This document shows, piece after piece, positions 28,476-39,431 of a stretch of 64,000 nt of DNA. Below the pieces are notes generated by a model that did no database searches, was not told the origin of the DNA, and saw only the letters and a list, made by a program, of their open reading frames with translations. A program made the position numbers and the translations under genes. How positions within the stretch are numbered: the first letter of the stretch is position 1; each line of letters begins with the position of its first letter. The stretch is from Escherichia phage vB_Eco_F22: sequence record OP870143.1, one strand, 5' to 3'.

Positions 28476-28510
28476 TAGAAGCCCCTCATTAGAGGGGCTT
28501 TTTTATTTTA
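28476..28510. terminator. bidirectional Rho-independent terminator between convergent genes
   Basis: Hairpin aagcccctc-atta-gaggggctt flanked by A-tract on one side and ttttttatttta on the other; the vRNAP stop codon lies in the T-tract. Confidence 0.7.
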
Positions 28511-31500
28511 GTTTACCAGGTTCATCCAAGGGTTCAGGTTGTGAGCACGTAGACCTTGCCCAAAGCCCCATGAGTAATCCAGCCCACCCTTAGCAGCAAT
28601 GCTAAAGATGTTGTCCTGAATAGGCAGACCAACATTACCAAACATGGTAGGAGTTGGAGCCAGCATTGCCATTGCTGCATGCACCGGGTTATTACGAATC
28701 ATGGACACTGCAACCTTAGCTGAACGAATCTTAAAGTTGTAGAACCACATCAAACCAACACTTTCCATATACCCACGGAAGCGACCTGGTAAACGGTCAT
28801 AGTTAACAAACTCTTCAGTTACACGTCCCAGTGCTTCTTCACGAGTCTTACCTTTACGCTGAGTCAATTCATCATAGATGATTGCTTTAGCGATAAAGTC
28901 AGAGTACTCAACTGTCTTTTGGATACCCTGGAACAGAGCAGTATCCTTGGTGATAAGTGCATAACGTCCAGCAGTACGTACAGACTTAGGTAACTTATCT
29001 GCCAGCTTTTCCATATATTCGTGAAGTTTGCCTTCAGTAATCAGAATGTCATCACGACCGATACCAGCATCTGCAATTGAAGAGAACTCACCAGCTTCCA
29101 ACAGAGGCCAGATGCTCATACGCTTATGGCTATCAGTAATGGACTGAATCTCAGCCTTAAGTTTACGAATCTGGTTCGGGTTAGTAGCTGCACGTAATTC
29201 TGCTTCTGCATCTACCTGACGCAGACGAGATTTCAGGTACTGGTTAATCTCAGCAGTTTTCTGTGGAATGCTTTTAGCAATGTTCTTAACCGGTACACCA
29301 CGGGCAACCATCTGGTAAAGGTTAGCCAAGAAGTTAACAGCAGGTACGACTACTGACTTAACTACAATCAGAGTCTTGGCTTCTTTAACTAAGTTTTGAA
29401 CCAGGTTCTCACCACCCATTGTGTACTTATAAGCACGGTTGCCAAATACACCCAGCATAGCTTTCTTGAAGGTATCCAATGTTTCCGGGGACCAACGAGA
29501 ATTACCAGACCAGGCATCACCTACAGAAGCTGCACGATAACCAAGTGCATCATTCAGCATGTCACGACGCACCCACAGTTCACCCTCACCAAACAGACTT
29601 TCTGCTTTCTGACGTGTTTCACTGTTCATTAGCTTAAGAGCATCAGCAGTTACTGGGTCCAGTTTAGAACCAAGAAGGTTAACGTACTGGGATTTATTAG
29701 AGGCAGACATCTTAATGTCGTTCTCATACATGCTATGCAGGTTCTCAATCAACATATTGTTGAAACGCTGAGCCTTAGCTTCTTCCACCTGACGACCACG
29801 CCATACACCAATTGCACGGGCAAGGTGATTCTCGCCTTCAATGTGCTTCAGCATGTTAGGGTCAATGGATTGCTCATAGGCAACCACATTACCTTTGTCA
29901 TCATATACAGGCAGAAGTGGTTCATTACCACGTTCACCACGAGCCAGTGCTTTAGTGATACGGTCTACGGAAGGCTTGTCAGTAATACGACCAGCTACCA
30001 TCGAACCCATCGTAAAGCCCGTACCGATGTCTACACCACCAGCAGTATTACGAACGTTTTGTAGGATACCCTGTGAGAAAGGAGCCTGTGCCTGTACCGG
30101 TGCGAAGTAGTAGCTGCGTGCTGGACCACGGTTAGCAGAGCTACCTTGATAAGTACCCAGACGTACATAAGATTTCTCAATCAAATCTCCAAACTGGCTA
30201 TCTTCAGCAACAATCAGATTAACACCCTGTTTAGTCTCACTAGGGATATGCCCTTTGTACTGGTTCAAGGTTGCACGCATATCAGACTTGGCTTTAGCCA
30301 TTTCATCTTTACGCTGACCAACCAGGTAAGAAGTAGCAAAGTCCATTCCATCAACTTCTGTCTGAGCCAGAGAAGATAACATCTCACGGTCGGACTTGTT
30401 CATTGCTTCCAGTGCATACAGGGTAATCAGTTTATCCAGTTGAGCTACATCTACAGTAGAACGAGCAGCCTGACGTTCACCAAGCATACGAGAGATTGCA
30501 GTAGCATTACGCAGCAGGTTATTACCGACTGTACCGTTAATCATGAACTGAGCCAGTTGCTTAGATTTACGACTAATAAGAGGCCAGTTACGACCAGCTT
30601 GTTTCTGCAAATCTGCTTCCAGCTTATTCACTTCACGGTCAACAATCTTCTGGTCAGATAGTAGGTCACGGATTTCAGCCAGAGACATAGTGTCACGCAG
30701 AACAGCTAAGTCAGTTTTACCCATGCCAGTGTGCATTGCTTTCCACTCATCGTTAGTCAGCTTACGGCTGAACTTAGATGCGATAGTGGTAGGCAGGTGT
30801 TCACGGAATTGCTGACGGTCTGCTTGTACCTGTGCACGAACTGCTTTAATCAAATCGTATACAGAAGCATTACTCTTAGTACGACCAGTTAAGTCATTAA
30901 CCAGGTCATGGAAGGGTTGCCATACCTTACCCTGGTTCATTGCAGCCATAACACCTTCAGCTACAATTGCACCATTCTTCTCAGTAGCAATAGCAGCCAC
31001 CAATTGTGCAGCATGGGCAGCACCTTTAACCAATGGATTCTTAGTATTAGCTGCAACTTCGCGAGCACTTTCTAAAGCACGAGTAGACAGTGCATCAATA
31101 GAATCCACCAGATACTGGTTAGCACGATCAATAGCATTACCACTAGGAGTAGCAACGGAATCATAGAATGACTGTGCATTGAGGCTAGTCTGCATGATTG
31201 TCTGAGCCAGTGCATCCATACCTTCCTGTACGTTGGTAGCTTTAGTGTCACCTGCTACACGGGCATTCAAGCTAGACATTGCAGCAGTACCAATGTTAGT
31301 CAGCATTGCATCAATGGTATTACCGGATTTCTTATCTGCTTTCATAACAGGAATGTTAGCCAGTACGTTACGTACCTCTTCACTTACCATTGCCAGACCA
31401 ACAAAGGTAGGCAGTAAGGAAGAACGACCCTGTGCATCAAACTCGATATTGTTAGCACCCATGATGGTATCGAACTTCTGCTGTGCATAGTAACGGTCAG

Positions 31501-34500
31501 CAGGGTTGGTACTATCCGGGTCAGCCATGAATGCTTCAACGGTCAGATTCTTAGTAACGTGTGCATAGTATTCCTGTGCACGAGATAGAGCAGCCGGACT
31601 AATAGCAGCCTCAGTAGCCAAAGCAGCAACGATATTAGTGAACAGGCGTTGTTCCTGCATATTCATAGTGAAACCATGAGCCTGAACATCACGGGTTACT
31701 TTAGTAGCATTCACTACTGCATCAGAGAACTTACCTTTACGAATTACTTGTTGCACTGGTTCTGAACCAATGTAGTTAGTAATCAGCTTATCAAAGGTCT
31801 GCCCCAATTCTTCCAGACGGGTATTGTCGCCATACGCCTTGTTATGGAACAAGGTAGTGTCCTTGGATACAGCAGCCGTAGGAGCCTGCCCACGCATAAC
31901 TACGGAAGAGTTAAACAGTAAGCCAGAGAACATATCATCTGCATTAGCAGGAGCTTTCTTACGACCGAATACCAGACGCTTGATTGCTTCATACACAGAC
32001 TGAACCATAGTCTTCAGTGCAGTAGTCTTCTTCTGCTTACTAATTAGTTCACGGTTGGTTAAGCCCCAAGCCATGTATTCGTTCAGTGCAGCAGCTTTAG
32101 CCATTGCCGGTTCAATGAAGCCATTAGACAAGTGACCGTTAATGGTATTGAGTGCATCAGCATATGCTTCACGTACTGCCGGGGTTTCATCCTTAACATC
32201 CAGAGTACGGAACTGGTTCATCAGGTCTTCAATATTCTGAACTGCTTCATTAGGAGTACCCTCATAATGAGCCAGTACAGATTCAAAAGTAGAAGCATGT
32301 ACCAATTCATGAACCAGAGTCTCTAAGGAAGGGGTAACTAAGTAGATGGTCTTATCATCAAAGTTAGTCCAGCCATATGCATTACCAGCTTCGGCAGCTT
32401 CAATATCTTCCGGTGCTGGGCGAGTAATGTTCTTCTCAATAGCATAAGCATCCAGCTGAGCAGGAGTACCGTAAACAACCTTGTAGTCTTTAGCAGCAAG
32501 GGATTTCTGTACTTCTTTCAATACCGCTTGCTGTTCAGGAGACATCTCTTTAGCCAGCTTAGTGATAGCAGTATTAGACAGCAGACGTACACCAGACTTC
32601 AGTACACGACCAACCTGTTCCATTGCTGGTACTTCTTTAACAGGTGTTTCTTCAGCAGGTACTTCTTTCACTGGTTCTGCTTTAGCAGCACGTACTGCAT
32701 CACGGCGCTTATTTAATTCGGCATCAAACAGTTCGTTTAGCTTAGCTACTTGCTGGTCTACAGTCAGACCTTCCAGAGAGATTTTACCGTTGTTCACATA
32801 AGGAGCACCTACAGCAGCCATCTGGTCAACAGTGGTCTGTACCTGGTTCATTACTTTGTGGCGAATATCTACACCTAAAGCAATGTTACGCAGATTACGT
32901 TCAATGAGGTTAACACCGGATTTCTCAATCATATCAATCTTATACTGCCTGTCTCCCTCAACACGACTGATATGGGAAAGCTGTTCAAAATCTAAAGCGG
33001 AACGAGCAATGTCATCAATTGTCTTATCTGACAACTTATTAAAGTCTACGTTCTTCATGAACTTAGAGAAGGAGTCATACACGTTCTTAATAGGATTGCC
33101 CTGCCAAGAAGTATAAACAGCCTCATTAGCTTTACGACTTGCATCAGTGATGTCATTGATACCAATGTTCATACCATCAAAGATTTTCAGGGTATTCTTC
33201 GGAGCACCTTTCATAGTAGAAAGGGTCTGCATCATCATGCCATCACCAGTACCAATGGTCATAAATGGAATACCTGCAACACCTGCTTGTGAAGGAGCAT
33301 AGATGCTCATTGGCACACGCATACGGTCGTCTAAGTTGGTAGCCAGTACTTGGTTAGCAACATCAGTATTCTCACTGCCAGCAATGTAAAAAGTCTGTGA
33401 ACCAGTCTCAATCATTGGAGCCAGTGGAGACAGGGATTTCTGAATTTCATTCAGCTCTTCCTGTGTTAAGAAATCGCCCTTCTTCCAGGTTGGGTCTTTT
33501 TCTTTTTCTGCCAGTTTAGCCTGTACTGCTTGTTGGAACATATCCTGCAATACTAAAGACTGAATTTGAGTAGCCTTCTGCAAGTTCTCAGTGGAGTGCA
33601 TCAGACCTTCACCAACGGTGAACCGGATACTTTGTCTCATTGGTTCAACGAAGAAGTGCAACATGTTCTCTTGTAGGTTCTTAAGAGCATCACCAGATAC
33701 AGTAAACTCCTGGGGATCTAACTCACCAGTCAGAGCACCATCTACTTCCTTAATAAATAACTTACCTTTACGCTTAGCTGGAATCTTACCAGTCAGTGCT
33801 TCCATAGAAGTAAGGAAGGTATCCAGCATAGCCTGAGCATCTGCCTCAGACGCAGCCTCCTTACCAAACAATGCCATAGCTGGGGAAATGCTAGGGTCAG
33901 TAGCACGTGCTTGTAGAACGTCACTGAGGCGTTCGTAGATGGCGTCAGTAATTGCACTAACCATCTTGCCAGCAATACCACGAGCACCAGAACCATAGAT
34001 GGTAATGGTCAGGGGGTTTTTAGCGATGCCACGTTTCAGGTCCAGAGTACCGTCTTCATTCAGGTTAAAGTCTTTAATGAACAGGTCCATTAGCTTCTGG
34101 AGATGATCCATCTGGCTCATAACAGGAACGTTGTTACGGTAAGCACTACGTAATTCATTTAGATAGAATTGCAAACTATTGGTAGATGCTTCATACAGGT
34201 CAACATTATCGTCGATAGAGCAATGTTCGTTCATCGTTTTACCAGCACGACCAAAGAACAAACCACCCTTGGCAGTATTCTTAATCCAATTTGGAGTGAA
34301 CTTACCTCCAGTCATTAATACCATTGCGTTGATTGGGCCGTTGGTTACACCATCGGCTTCAACGTACAGAGGAGTATTAAAATTAGCACGGTTATCACTG
34401 TTCAGGTAACGGGCATATTCCATCAGAGCCATGAGAGCCACGAAGGATTTGTTATCACCCAAAGAGGTCTTCAGGATATCTACTGCATCTGTCGGTAAGT

Positions 34501-37500
34501 GCCCAGACTTATCAAACTCAACCATCATATCAACAGCAGGTTTCAATTTGCCTTCCAGAGCTTTAGTCAACTCTTCAGACATAGCTTCACGGGACATTTT
34601 ATGTACCTTGATGCCTAATGCCTGAGCCAGTCCTAACTGGAAGTCAGAGAACGCTTGGCTATTTTCATTACTCAGGTCAATAGTAGAGAAGGTTGGCAGA
34701 ATTGCTTCACGAACCAGCTTACTGGATTGTGGGTTGTTCTTACCAAGCATCTGCATACGACCTACTCGGGTCATGTTATAGCCATAGTGAATGGGGGTAT
34801 CCAAACCATTCTCTTGTTCTTTTAGATGATTAATTAAACCGAACAGAGAATCATATGCCATAGATACTGATAAGTTCTTACCTTCCAGTGATTTAGCATT
34901 ATTTTTATTCAGCAAATCAGGATTAAGAGTACCAGCACCCATTAGTTCCAGAATGCTGTCTCGACCCAATGCTTCATAGAAGTTAACCATCGGCATGTGT
35001 ACACGGAACTCAGTAGCCTGTTCAGCTTTCAGTGCAGCTTTCTGTTCGGGGGTATTCTTAACAGCAGGATTACGTAACTGAGTTTGGGCCACGGAAGGAA
35101 TGTCGTCACCAAAGTACATTTTCTCTTCCGGATTTACCAACACAGCTTCTTCAATTGCTGTAGGGAAATTATTAATAGGGTCTTTATCAGCCAACTTATT
35201 AATAGTGTACAGACCAATAGTCTTATTAGAGTCCGGGTCAATCTCAGACACATCCAGCATAGTCTCTGTAACTGCACCCATCTCAATGAGGGAAGACAGA
35301 ATCTCTGTAGCCATTGCCACTGGAATGCCTTTTGTATAACCCAGTGGTGCATTAGGGTTACGATTCAAACCCCAATAAGATTCAATCTTCTGAGCCAGTG
35401 AGCTAGTAGCTTCGACCAGGGTCTGGGCATTCTCAAATTCAGCCAGAATACTTTCTGGTAACAAGGATGCTTCTACTCCAGTAATGGCAGCTACGTCTTT
35501 TATGTCTTTAATGGCAGCATTCTGTGCAGCAGTCAGTCGCCATTGCAGACCAGCAAGCACGGCAGTCTCTAACAACTGGTCATTGAACTTAAAGGTATCA
35601 CCATCTTTTTCAACGATATTCAGCAGTTTGCCACCTACCCAACGGTTAGCTTCAGTACCTTCTGCAAAACGTTTACCAACGTTCTTATTAGCAAGGAACT
35701 TAGCCAGTCGTTCAGACAGAGTAGTCTTCAGTGTTTCCCCAAAGTCCATCAAATCTTGGTAACGTTCTAACACATCACCCGTGAGAGCGTTATTTTCTTT
35801 TTGAGTGAATGCTTCAAAGCGAGCAGCAGAAGACAGTGCTTGCTTAATATCAGCTAAAGGAGATTCAGAACCAATGGTACGGGACTTGGGTTCTTCTGGC
35901 AGGGTAAATGCTTTCAGGAACTGGTTCGGTGTCTTTTCATTGTTATAGACAGGGAACACTGTTTCCATCTCAGAAAGAGGTTTGCCACCTACTGTATAAT
36001 CTGCTTTTAGCTGAGCCAGCGATACTTCATCTTTCTCCACGTTGTTAGTGTTACGGCCAGAGGTATCTACACCAACCAGAATCTGTGCATTATTGGCTTC
36101 AACGAAAGATTGAACAGTATTGAATTGTTCAGCGGTCAGCTTTTGATTATCAAACAGTTGTAGGGACACAAACGGTTGTTCACTGCCTTTATAGAAAGTA
36201 GAGCGAATAGAACCAGTATCCAAAGACATATCACGATAGCCATCATGCCCAAATACGTCAGACAGGCTGATATGGTCGCCATTAGAACCAACCACAGTAC
36301 CATCAGCAAACAACCACGGACTCTCTCTACGGTCACCACTCTTATTAAGAGTTTCCTGTGAAATGGTATTTTCTTTCACATAAGCATCTCTTTCAGATTC
36401 AGTAGGTTGCTCAATGGTATCCTCATTAGTGAGGGTAGCATCTACTGTTTCAGGCTTAGTAGTAGAAACTTCTTCTGTTTTTGGGCTAGTCTCCTTAGTA
36501 GGAGCAGTCTTATTTTCTACCACTGGTTTAGCTTTAGGCTGTACAGTAGTAGTGTCCTCTTGCACTGGTGCAGGAGTTTCATCAACCTGATTCACTGGTT
36601 CATTAGTCTGTTGAGACTGAGTGGCATCAAGACCACCTTGACGGAACTCTTTAACTACCTGGGCAGCAGGCTTGTTCAGACGTGAATCCAACGAGGTAAC
36701 TTTCACATGAGAAACATTAAGCTCCGGGTAAGCCGTAGCAAGTGCATTAGCAATATCAGCTACGGTTTTGGCCTCCAGTCCTACTTGCTGTGCAAACTTA
36801 ACAGACTTGGTATCGTAAGGATTAACACCGAGGCCAGTACGACTACGTACCCATTCACGGGAAGGCGAGAGAGCCTGATAATGAACAGACTTATTCTTAT
36901 CCGCATTCCCCGAAATCAGATGCTCATTCAACGCTCCGACCTTATTCTGCATGTGCTGGGCGAACTTCATAAAGTCGCTCAGATAAGCGGAGGCCAAATC
37001 GAAGTTACCAGAGTTATACGCAGAACGAATGCGTTTCGCATGTTGCAACGCAGAGTACTGTCCTTCATTAGAACGAGACTCGTCGGTTTTAATCTGTTTA
37101 CTAACAATGTCTTGAGGACGTAAGCCTAGTTCTTCTGCTTTAGCGTCGAACTCTCGTGCACCCTGTAACAAGGCAGCAGCAGATTGCAGGGCAGCACGTT
37201 GACGATTCCCCAGTGTAATCTTACCTTCGCTTGCGTGCTTCAGAACCATGTTCACTGAATCTGCATCCAGTACTTCTGGAGATACATCAGCAGCCATAGC
37301 AATGTTGTTTGCTTGGGCTTGATTAGCTTCTTCAGTAGCTTTCAGCTTACCTGCTTCAGCCTGTTCCTGAATCATAGAATGGATGGCACGGAATGCACGA
37401 AGTACTTTAGGGGTATTCTGTACGTTAGCCATCAGACCAGAGAACTGGTCTACGATTGCAGCAGCAGGGGAACCCTGTTCCAGATTAGCCAGAGCACCCG

Positions 37501-39355
37501 GGTCACGGTTAATGAAGCTATCCATGGACATGATGTTGTCATACATCTGGATTGCAGCTTCCATTTGAACGTTAGGGTCTTCGGCAGTATTAACCAGGTC
37601 AGCCATCTTCTGAATAGCTTCTACACGGTTAGTGGAACCAGAAACAGCTTCACGGATTACTGGGTTAGCTTGTTCCAACTCTACCGGGTCGAACTTCATT
37701 GCCTGAGTTAAGTCAGCAGCATACTGGGTAGCAGCAGCTTTCTCTTCCGGAGAAATATCCATTGCATCTACTGCTTCCTGTACAGTTGCTTGTGCTTGTT
37801 CTGCCTGAGCAGCAGCTTCCTGTGCAGCAGCATTAACCGTAGCATCAGCTACAGGGGATGCTTGTTCATTACGCTTGGCAACTTCTTCACCACGTTGAAC
37901 CAGAATGTTAGTAAGAGGAGATGCAGCTTTTGCTAGTGTTTTACCAACCAGAGAAGCACCAGCCAGGGTAGTACGAAGAGTAGGGCCAGCAGCAGCACCG
38001 GCAGCTTTAACAGTTGCACCAGGGACTTGAGCAACTCCAGCACTACCGAAGCCATAAAGTGCACCAAGACCTGCTTGCTCACCAACCCCTTTGAGGGTGT
38101 CACGGGATGCATCAACGTTTTCTTTGATTGCAGTATTCTGTGCGAACTGACCAAAGCCGGATTGAATACCTTCCTCTACAGTTTCACGCAGCATATTAGA
38201 ACCAGCACCTGCCAGTGAACCTACCTTAAGTGGGTTAAGTTCAAAGCGAGATACCAGTGGGCCGGTAGCAGCAGCAACTGGAGCAGTTAAGCCAGCAGCA
38301 ATGATACCTGTTTCAGATGCAGTCTGACGACGTGCTTCATCAGGAGATAAACCATCAGCAATATGCTGTTGGTAAACAGGAGACTTACTTGCCAGTTCTT
38401 GGTGGGACATCTTCATGATTTCAGAAGCAGTCTGTTGGTATGCACCACCAGCTTCCATACCACCGATTGCAATAGCAGGTGCAGCAACACGACCAGCAGA
38501 CAGTGCAACCTGTGCAGGACGTGAACCTAACCCAGCAGCTAAGGTAATACCCTTAACAGCTTTATCACCACCTACCATTACTTTACCGAGTGCAGATACA
38601 CCACGAATAAGTGGACCACCGGTAAAGAGGGAACCAACACCTTCACTCAGTCCGTCAGAGGCAGCCATACCATTATCAAGTGTATTAGCAACAGAATCGA
38701 AAGCATCACGACCAATACGAGACAAGGAGGCAACCAAATCGTTCTCCCCATTTTTGATGTCTTGTTCATAAAGTTTCTGATTCTTTTGAGCAGAAATCTG
38801 GTTCTGATTCTGAACAACCTTACGGGTAGCATTCAGTGCATCAGACTGTAGATTGTGTACGCCTTCATTCAACCAATCCATCCCGGAAGCAATGGTTGCC
38901 CCGGCATTATCATTGACCAAACCTGTGCCAAGAGCAGCAATGCCCCCAAGGGTATTAGCAACACCAAGACCAACACCAGAAAGAGTATCGCCAAATGCTT
39001 CTGCGTTAGTACGTTGTTTAGATAAGTCCTGACGTACAACATCCGCAGCATTAGCTCGGCTATTAAGAATTTGTAGACCTTGCTCATTACCGTATTTATT
39101 AATGATTTCTAATGGGGAGGCTTGAGTGAAATCTGCCTGAAGTGAACCTGGTTCGAATGCACCGATTCCAAGATTACCTACACGTCCGGTCTGGAGATTG
39201 TAAGCATTCTCTGGGGTTAATTGGAAAGGGATTTGCCCTTGTGCAGCTTGCTTCTGAGAGGTTGCAGTAGAGACATCGACTCGCTTAGCATTAGTGATGC
39301 TGTCTGCGAAACCTGCCAGACGGTCAAATGTTGACATAGCATGTTTCCTGTTCAA
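28508..39355 (-). CDS. virion-encapsidated RNA polymerase (giant vRNAP, N4 gp50-like)
   Basis: 3615-aa ORF; single-subunit RNAP-like motifs in the central region: motif A-like LYVEADGVTNGPINAM, motif B-like K-x-PLTITIYGSGARG; first gene of the late block. Confidence 0.8.
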   Translation of the reverse strand: MNRKHAMSTFDRLAGFADSITNAKRVDVSTATSQKQAAQGQIPFQLTPENAYNLQTGRVGNLGIGAFEPGSLQADFTQASPLEIINKYGNEQGLQILNSRANAADVVRQDLSKQRTNAEAFGDTLSGVGLGVANTLGGIAALGTGLVNDNAGATIASGMDWLNEGVHNLQSDALNATRKVVQNQNQISAQKNQKLYEQDIKNGENDLVASLSRIGRDAFDSVANTLDNGMAASDGLSEGVGSLFTGGPLIRGVSALGKVMVGGDKAVKGITLAAGLGSRPAQVALSAGRVAAPAIAIGGMEAGGAYQQTASEIMKMSHQELASKSPVYQQHIADGLSPDEARRQTASETGIIAAGLTAPVAAATGPLVSRFELNPLKVGSLAGAGSNMLRETVEEGIQSGFGQFAQNTAIKENVDASRDTLKGVGEQAGLGALYGFGSAGVAQVPGATVKAAGAAAGPTLRTTLAGASLVGKTLAKAASPLTNILVQRGEEVAKRNEQASPVADATVNAAAQEAAAQAEQAQATVQEAVDAMDISPEEKAAATQYAADLTQAMKFDPVELEQANPVIREAVSGSTNRVEAIQKMADLVNTAEDPNVQMEAAIQMYDNIMSMDSFINRDPGALANLEQGSPAAAIVDQFSGLMANVQNTPKVLRAFRAIHSMIQEQAEAGKLKATEEANQAQANNIAMAADVSPEVLDADSVNMVLKHASEGKITLGNRQRAALQSAAALLQGAREFDAKAEELGLRPQDIVSKQIKTDESRSNEGQYSALQHAKRIRSAYNSGNFDLASAYLSDFMKFAQHMQNKVGALNEHLISGNADKNKSVHYQALSPSREWVRSRTGLGVNPYDTKSVKFAQQVGLEAKTVADIANALATAYPELNVSHVKVTSLDSRLNKPAAQVVKEFRQGGLDATQSQQTNEPVNQVDETPAPVQEDTTTVQPKAKPVVENKTAPTKETSPKTEEVSTTKPETVDATLTNEDTIEQPTESERDAYVKENTISQETLNKSGDRRESPWLFADGTVVGSNGDHISLSDVFGHDGYRDMSLDTGSIRSTFYKGSEQPFVSLQLFDNQKLTAEQFNTVQSFVEANNAQILVGVDTSGRNTNNVEKDEVSLAQLKADYTVGGKPLSEMETVFPVYNNEKTPNQFLKAFTLPEEPKSRTIGSESPLADIKQALSSAARFEAFTQKENNALTGDVLERYQDLMDFGETLKTTLSERLAKFLANKNVGKRFAEGTEANRWVGGKLLNIVEKDGDTFKFNDQLLETAVLAGLQWRLTAAQNAAIKDIKDVAAITGVEASLLPESILAEFENAQTLVEATSSLAQKIESYWGLNRNPNAPLGYTKGIPVAMATEILSSLIEMGAVTETMLDVSEIDPDSNKTIGLYTINKLADKDPINNFPTAIEEAVLVNPEEKMYFGDDIPSVAQTQLRNPAVKNTPEQKAALKAEQATEFRVHMPMVNFYEALGRDSILELMGAGTLNPDLLNKNNAKSLEGKNLSVSMAYDSLFGLINHLKEQENGLDTPIHYGYNMTRVGRMQMLGKNNPQSSKLVREAILPTFSTIDLSNENSQAFSDFQLGLAQALGIKVHKMSREAMSEELTKALEGKLKPAVDMMVEFDKSGHLPTDAVDILKTSLGDNKSFVALMALMEYARYLNSDNRANFNTPLYVEADGVTNGPINAMVLMTGGKFTPNWIKNTAKGGLFFGRAGKTMNEHCSIDDNVDLYEASTNSLQFYLNELRSAYRNNVPVMSQMDHLQKLMDLFIKDFNLNEDGTLDLKRGIAKNPLTITIYGSGARGIAGKMVSAITDAIYERLSDVLQARATDPSISPAMALFGKEAASEADAQAMLDTFLTSMEALTGKIPAKRKGKLFIKEVDGALTGELDPQEFTVSGDALKNLQENMLHFFVEPMRQSIRFTVGEGLMHSTENLQKATQIQSLVLQDMFQQAVQAKLAEKEKDPTWKKGDFLTQEELNEIQKSLSPLAPMIETGSQTFYIAGSENTDVANQVLATNLDDRMRVPMSIYAPSQAGVAGIPFMTIGTGDGMMMQTLSTMKGAPKNTLKIFDGMNIGINDITDASRKANEAVYTSWQGNPIKNVYDSFSKFMKNVDFNKLSDKTIDDIARSALDFEQLSHISRVEGDRQYKIDMIEKSGVNLIERNLRNIALGVDIRHKVMNQVQTTVDQMAAVGAPYVNNGKISLEGLTVDQQVAKLNELFDAELNKRRDAVRAAKAEPVKEVPAEETPVKEVPAMEQVGRVLKSGVRLLSNTAITKLAKEMSPEQQAVLKEVQKSLAAKDYKVVYGTPAQLDAYAIEKNITRPAPEDIEAAEAGNAYGWTNFDDKTIYLVTPSLETLVHELVHASTFESVLAHYEGTPNEAVQNIEDLMNQFRTLDVKDETPAVREAYADALNTINGHLSNGFIEPAMAKAAALNEYMAWGLTNRELISKQKKTTALKTMVQSVYEAIKRLVFGRKKAPANADDMFSGLLFNSSVVMRGQAPTAAVSKDTTLFHNKAYGDNTRLEELGQTFDKLITNYIGSEPVQQVIRKGKFSDAVVNATKVTRDVQAHGFTMNMQEQRLFTNIVAALATEAAISPAALSRAQEYYAHVTKNLTVEAFMADPDSTNPADRYYAQQKFDTIMGANNIEFDAQGRSSLLPTFVGLAMVSEEVRNVLANIPVMKADKKSGNTIDAMLTNIGTAAMSSLNARVAGDTKATNVQEGMDALAQTIMQTSLNAQSFYDSVATPSGNAIDRANQYLVDSIDALSTRALESAREVAANTKNPLVKGAAHAAQLVAAIATEKNGAIVAEGVMAAMNQGKVWQPFHDLVNDLTGRTKSNASVYDLIKAVRAQVQADRQQFREHLPTTIASKFSRKLTNDEWKAMHTGMGKTDLAVLRDTMSLAEIRDLLSDQKIVDREVNKLEADLQKQAGRNWPLISRKSKQLAQFMINGTVGNNLLRNATAISRMLGERQAARSTVDVAQLDKLITLYALEAMNKSDREMLSSLAQTEVDGMDFATSYLVGQRKDEMAKAKSDMRATLNQYKGHIPSETKQGVNLIVAEDSQFGDLIEKSYVRLGTYQGSSANRGPARSYYFAPVQAQAPFSQGILQNVRNTAGGVDIGTGFTMGSMVAGRITDKPSVDRITKALARGERGNEPLLPVYDDKGNVVAYEQSIDPNMLKHIEGENHLARAIGVWRGRQVEEAKAQRFNNMLIENLHSMYENDIKMSASNKSQYVNLLGSKLDPVTADALKLMNSETRQKAESLFGEGELWVRRDMLNDALGYRAASVGDAWSGNSRWSPETLDTFKKAMLGVFGNRAYKYTMGGENLVQNLVKEAKTLIVVKSVVVPAVNFLANLYQMVARGVPVKNIAKSIPQKTAEINQYLKSRLRQVDAEAELRAATNPNQIRKLKAEIQSITDSHKRMSIWPLLEAGEFSSIADAGIGRDDILITEGKLHEYMEKLADKLPKSVRTAGRYALITKDTALFQGIQKTVEYSDFIAKAIIYDELTQRKGKTREEALGRVTEEFVNYDRLPGRFRGYMESVGLMWFYNFKIRSAKVAVSMIRNNPVHAAMAMLAPTPTMFGNVGLPIQDNIFSIAAKGGLDYSWGFGQGLRAHNLNPWMNLVN

Positions 39356-39398
39356 ACTTATATCGTATATAGGTAACTTACTCTACAGTAAGCCAGTG

Positions 39399-39425
39399 TA
39401 AGAAAAAAGCCCCGTAGGGCTTTTA
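39399..39425 (-). terminator. Rho-independent terminator (minus strand)
   Basis: aagccc-cgta-gggctt; on the minus strand it is followed by ttttttctt. Confidence 0.6.
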
Positions 39426-39431
39426 TTAGTA

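Noticed and set aside
29396-38771. Many plus-strand ORFs of 60-140 aa inside the vRNAP gene
   Set aside because: All are antisense to a continuous 3615-aa ORF with clear motifs; they lack RBSs and have skewed, low-complexity composition.
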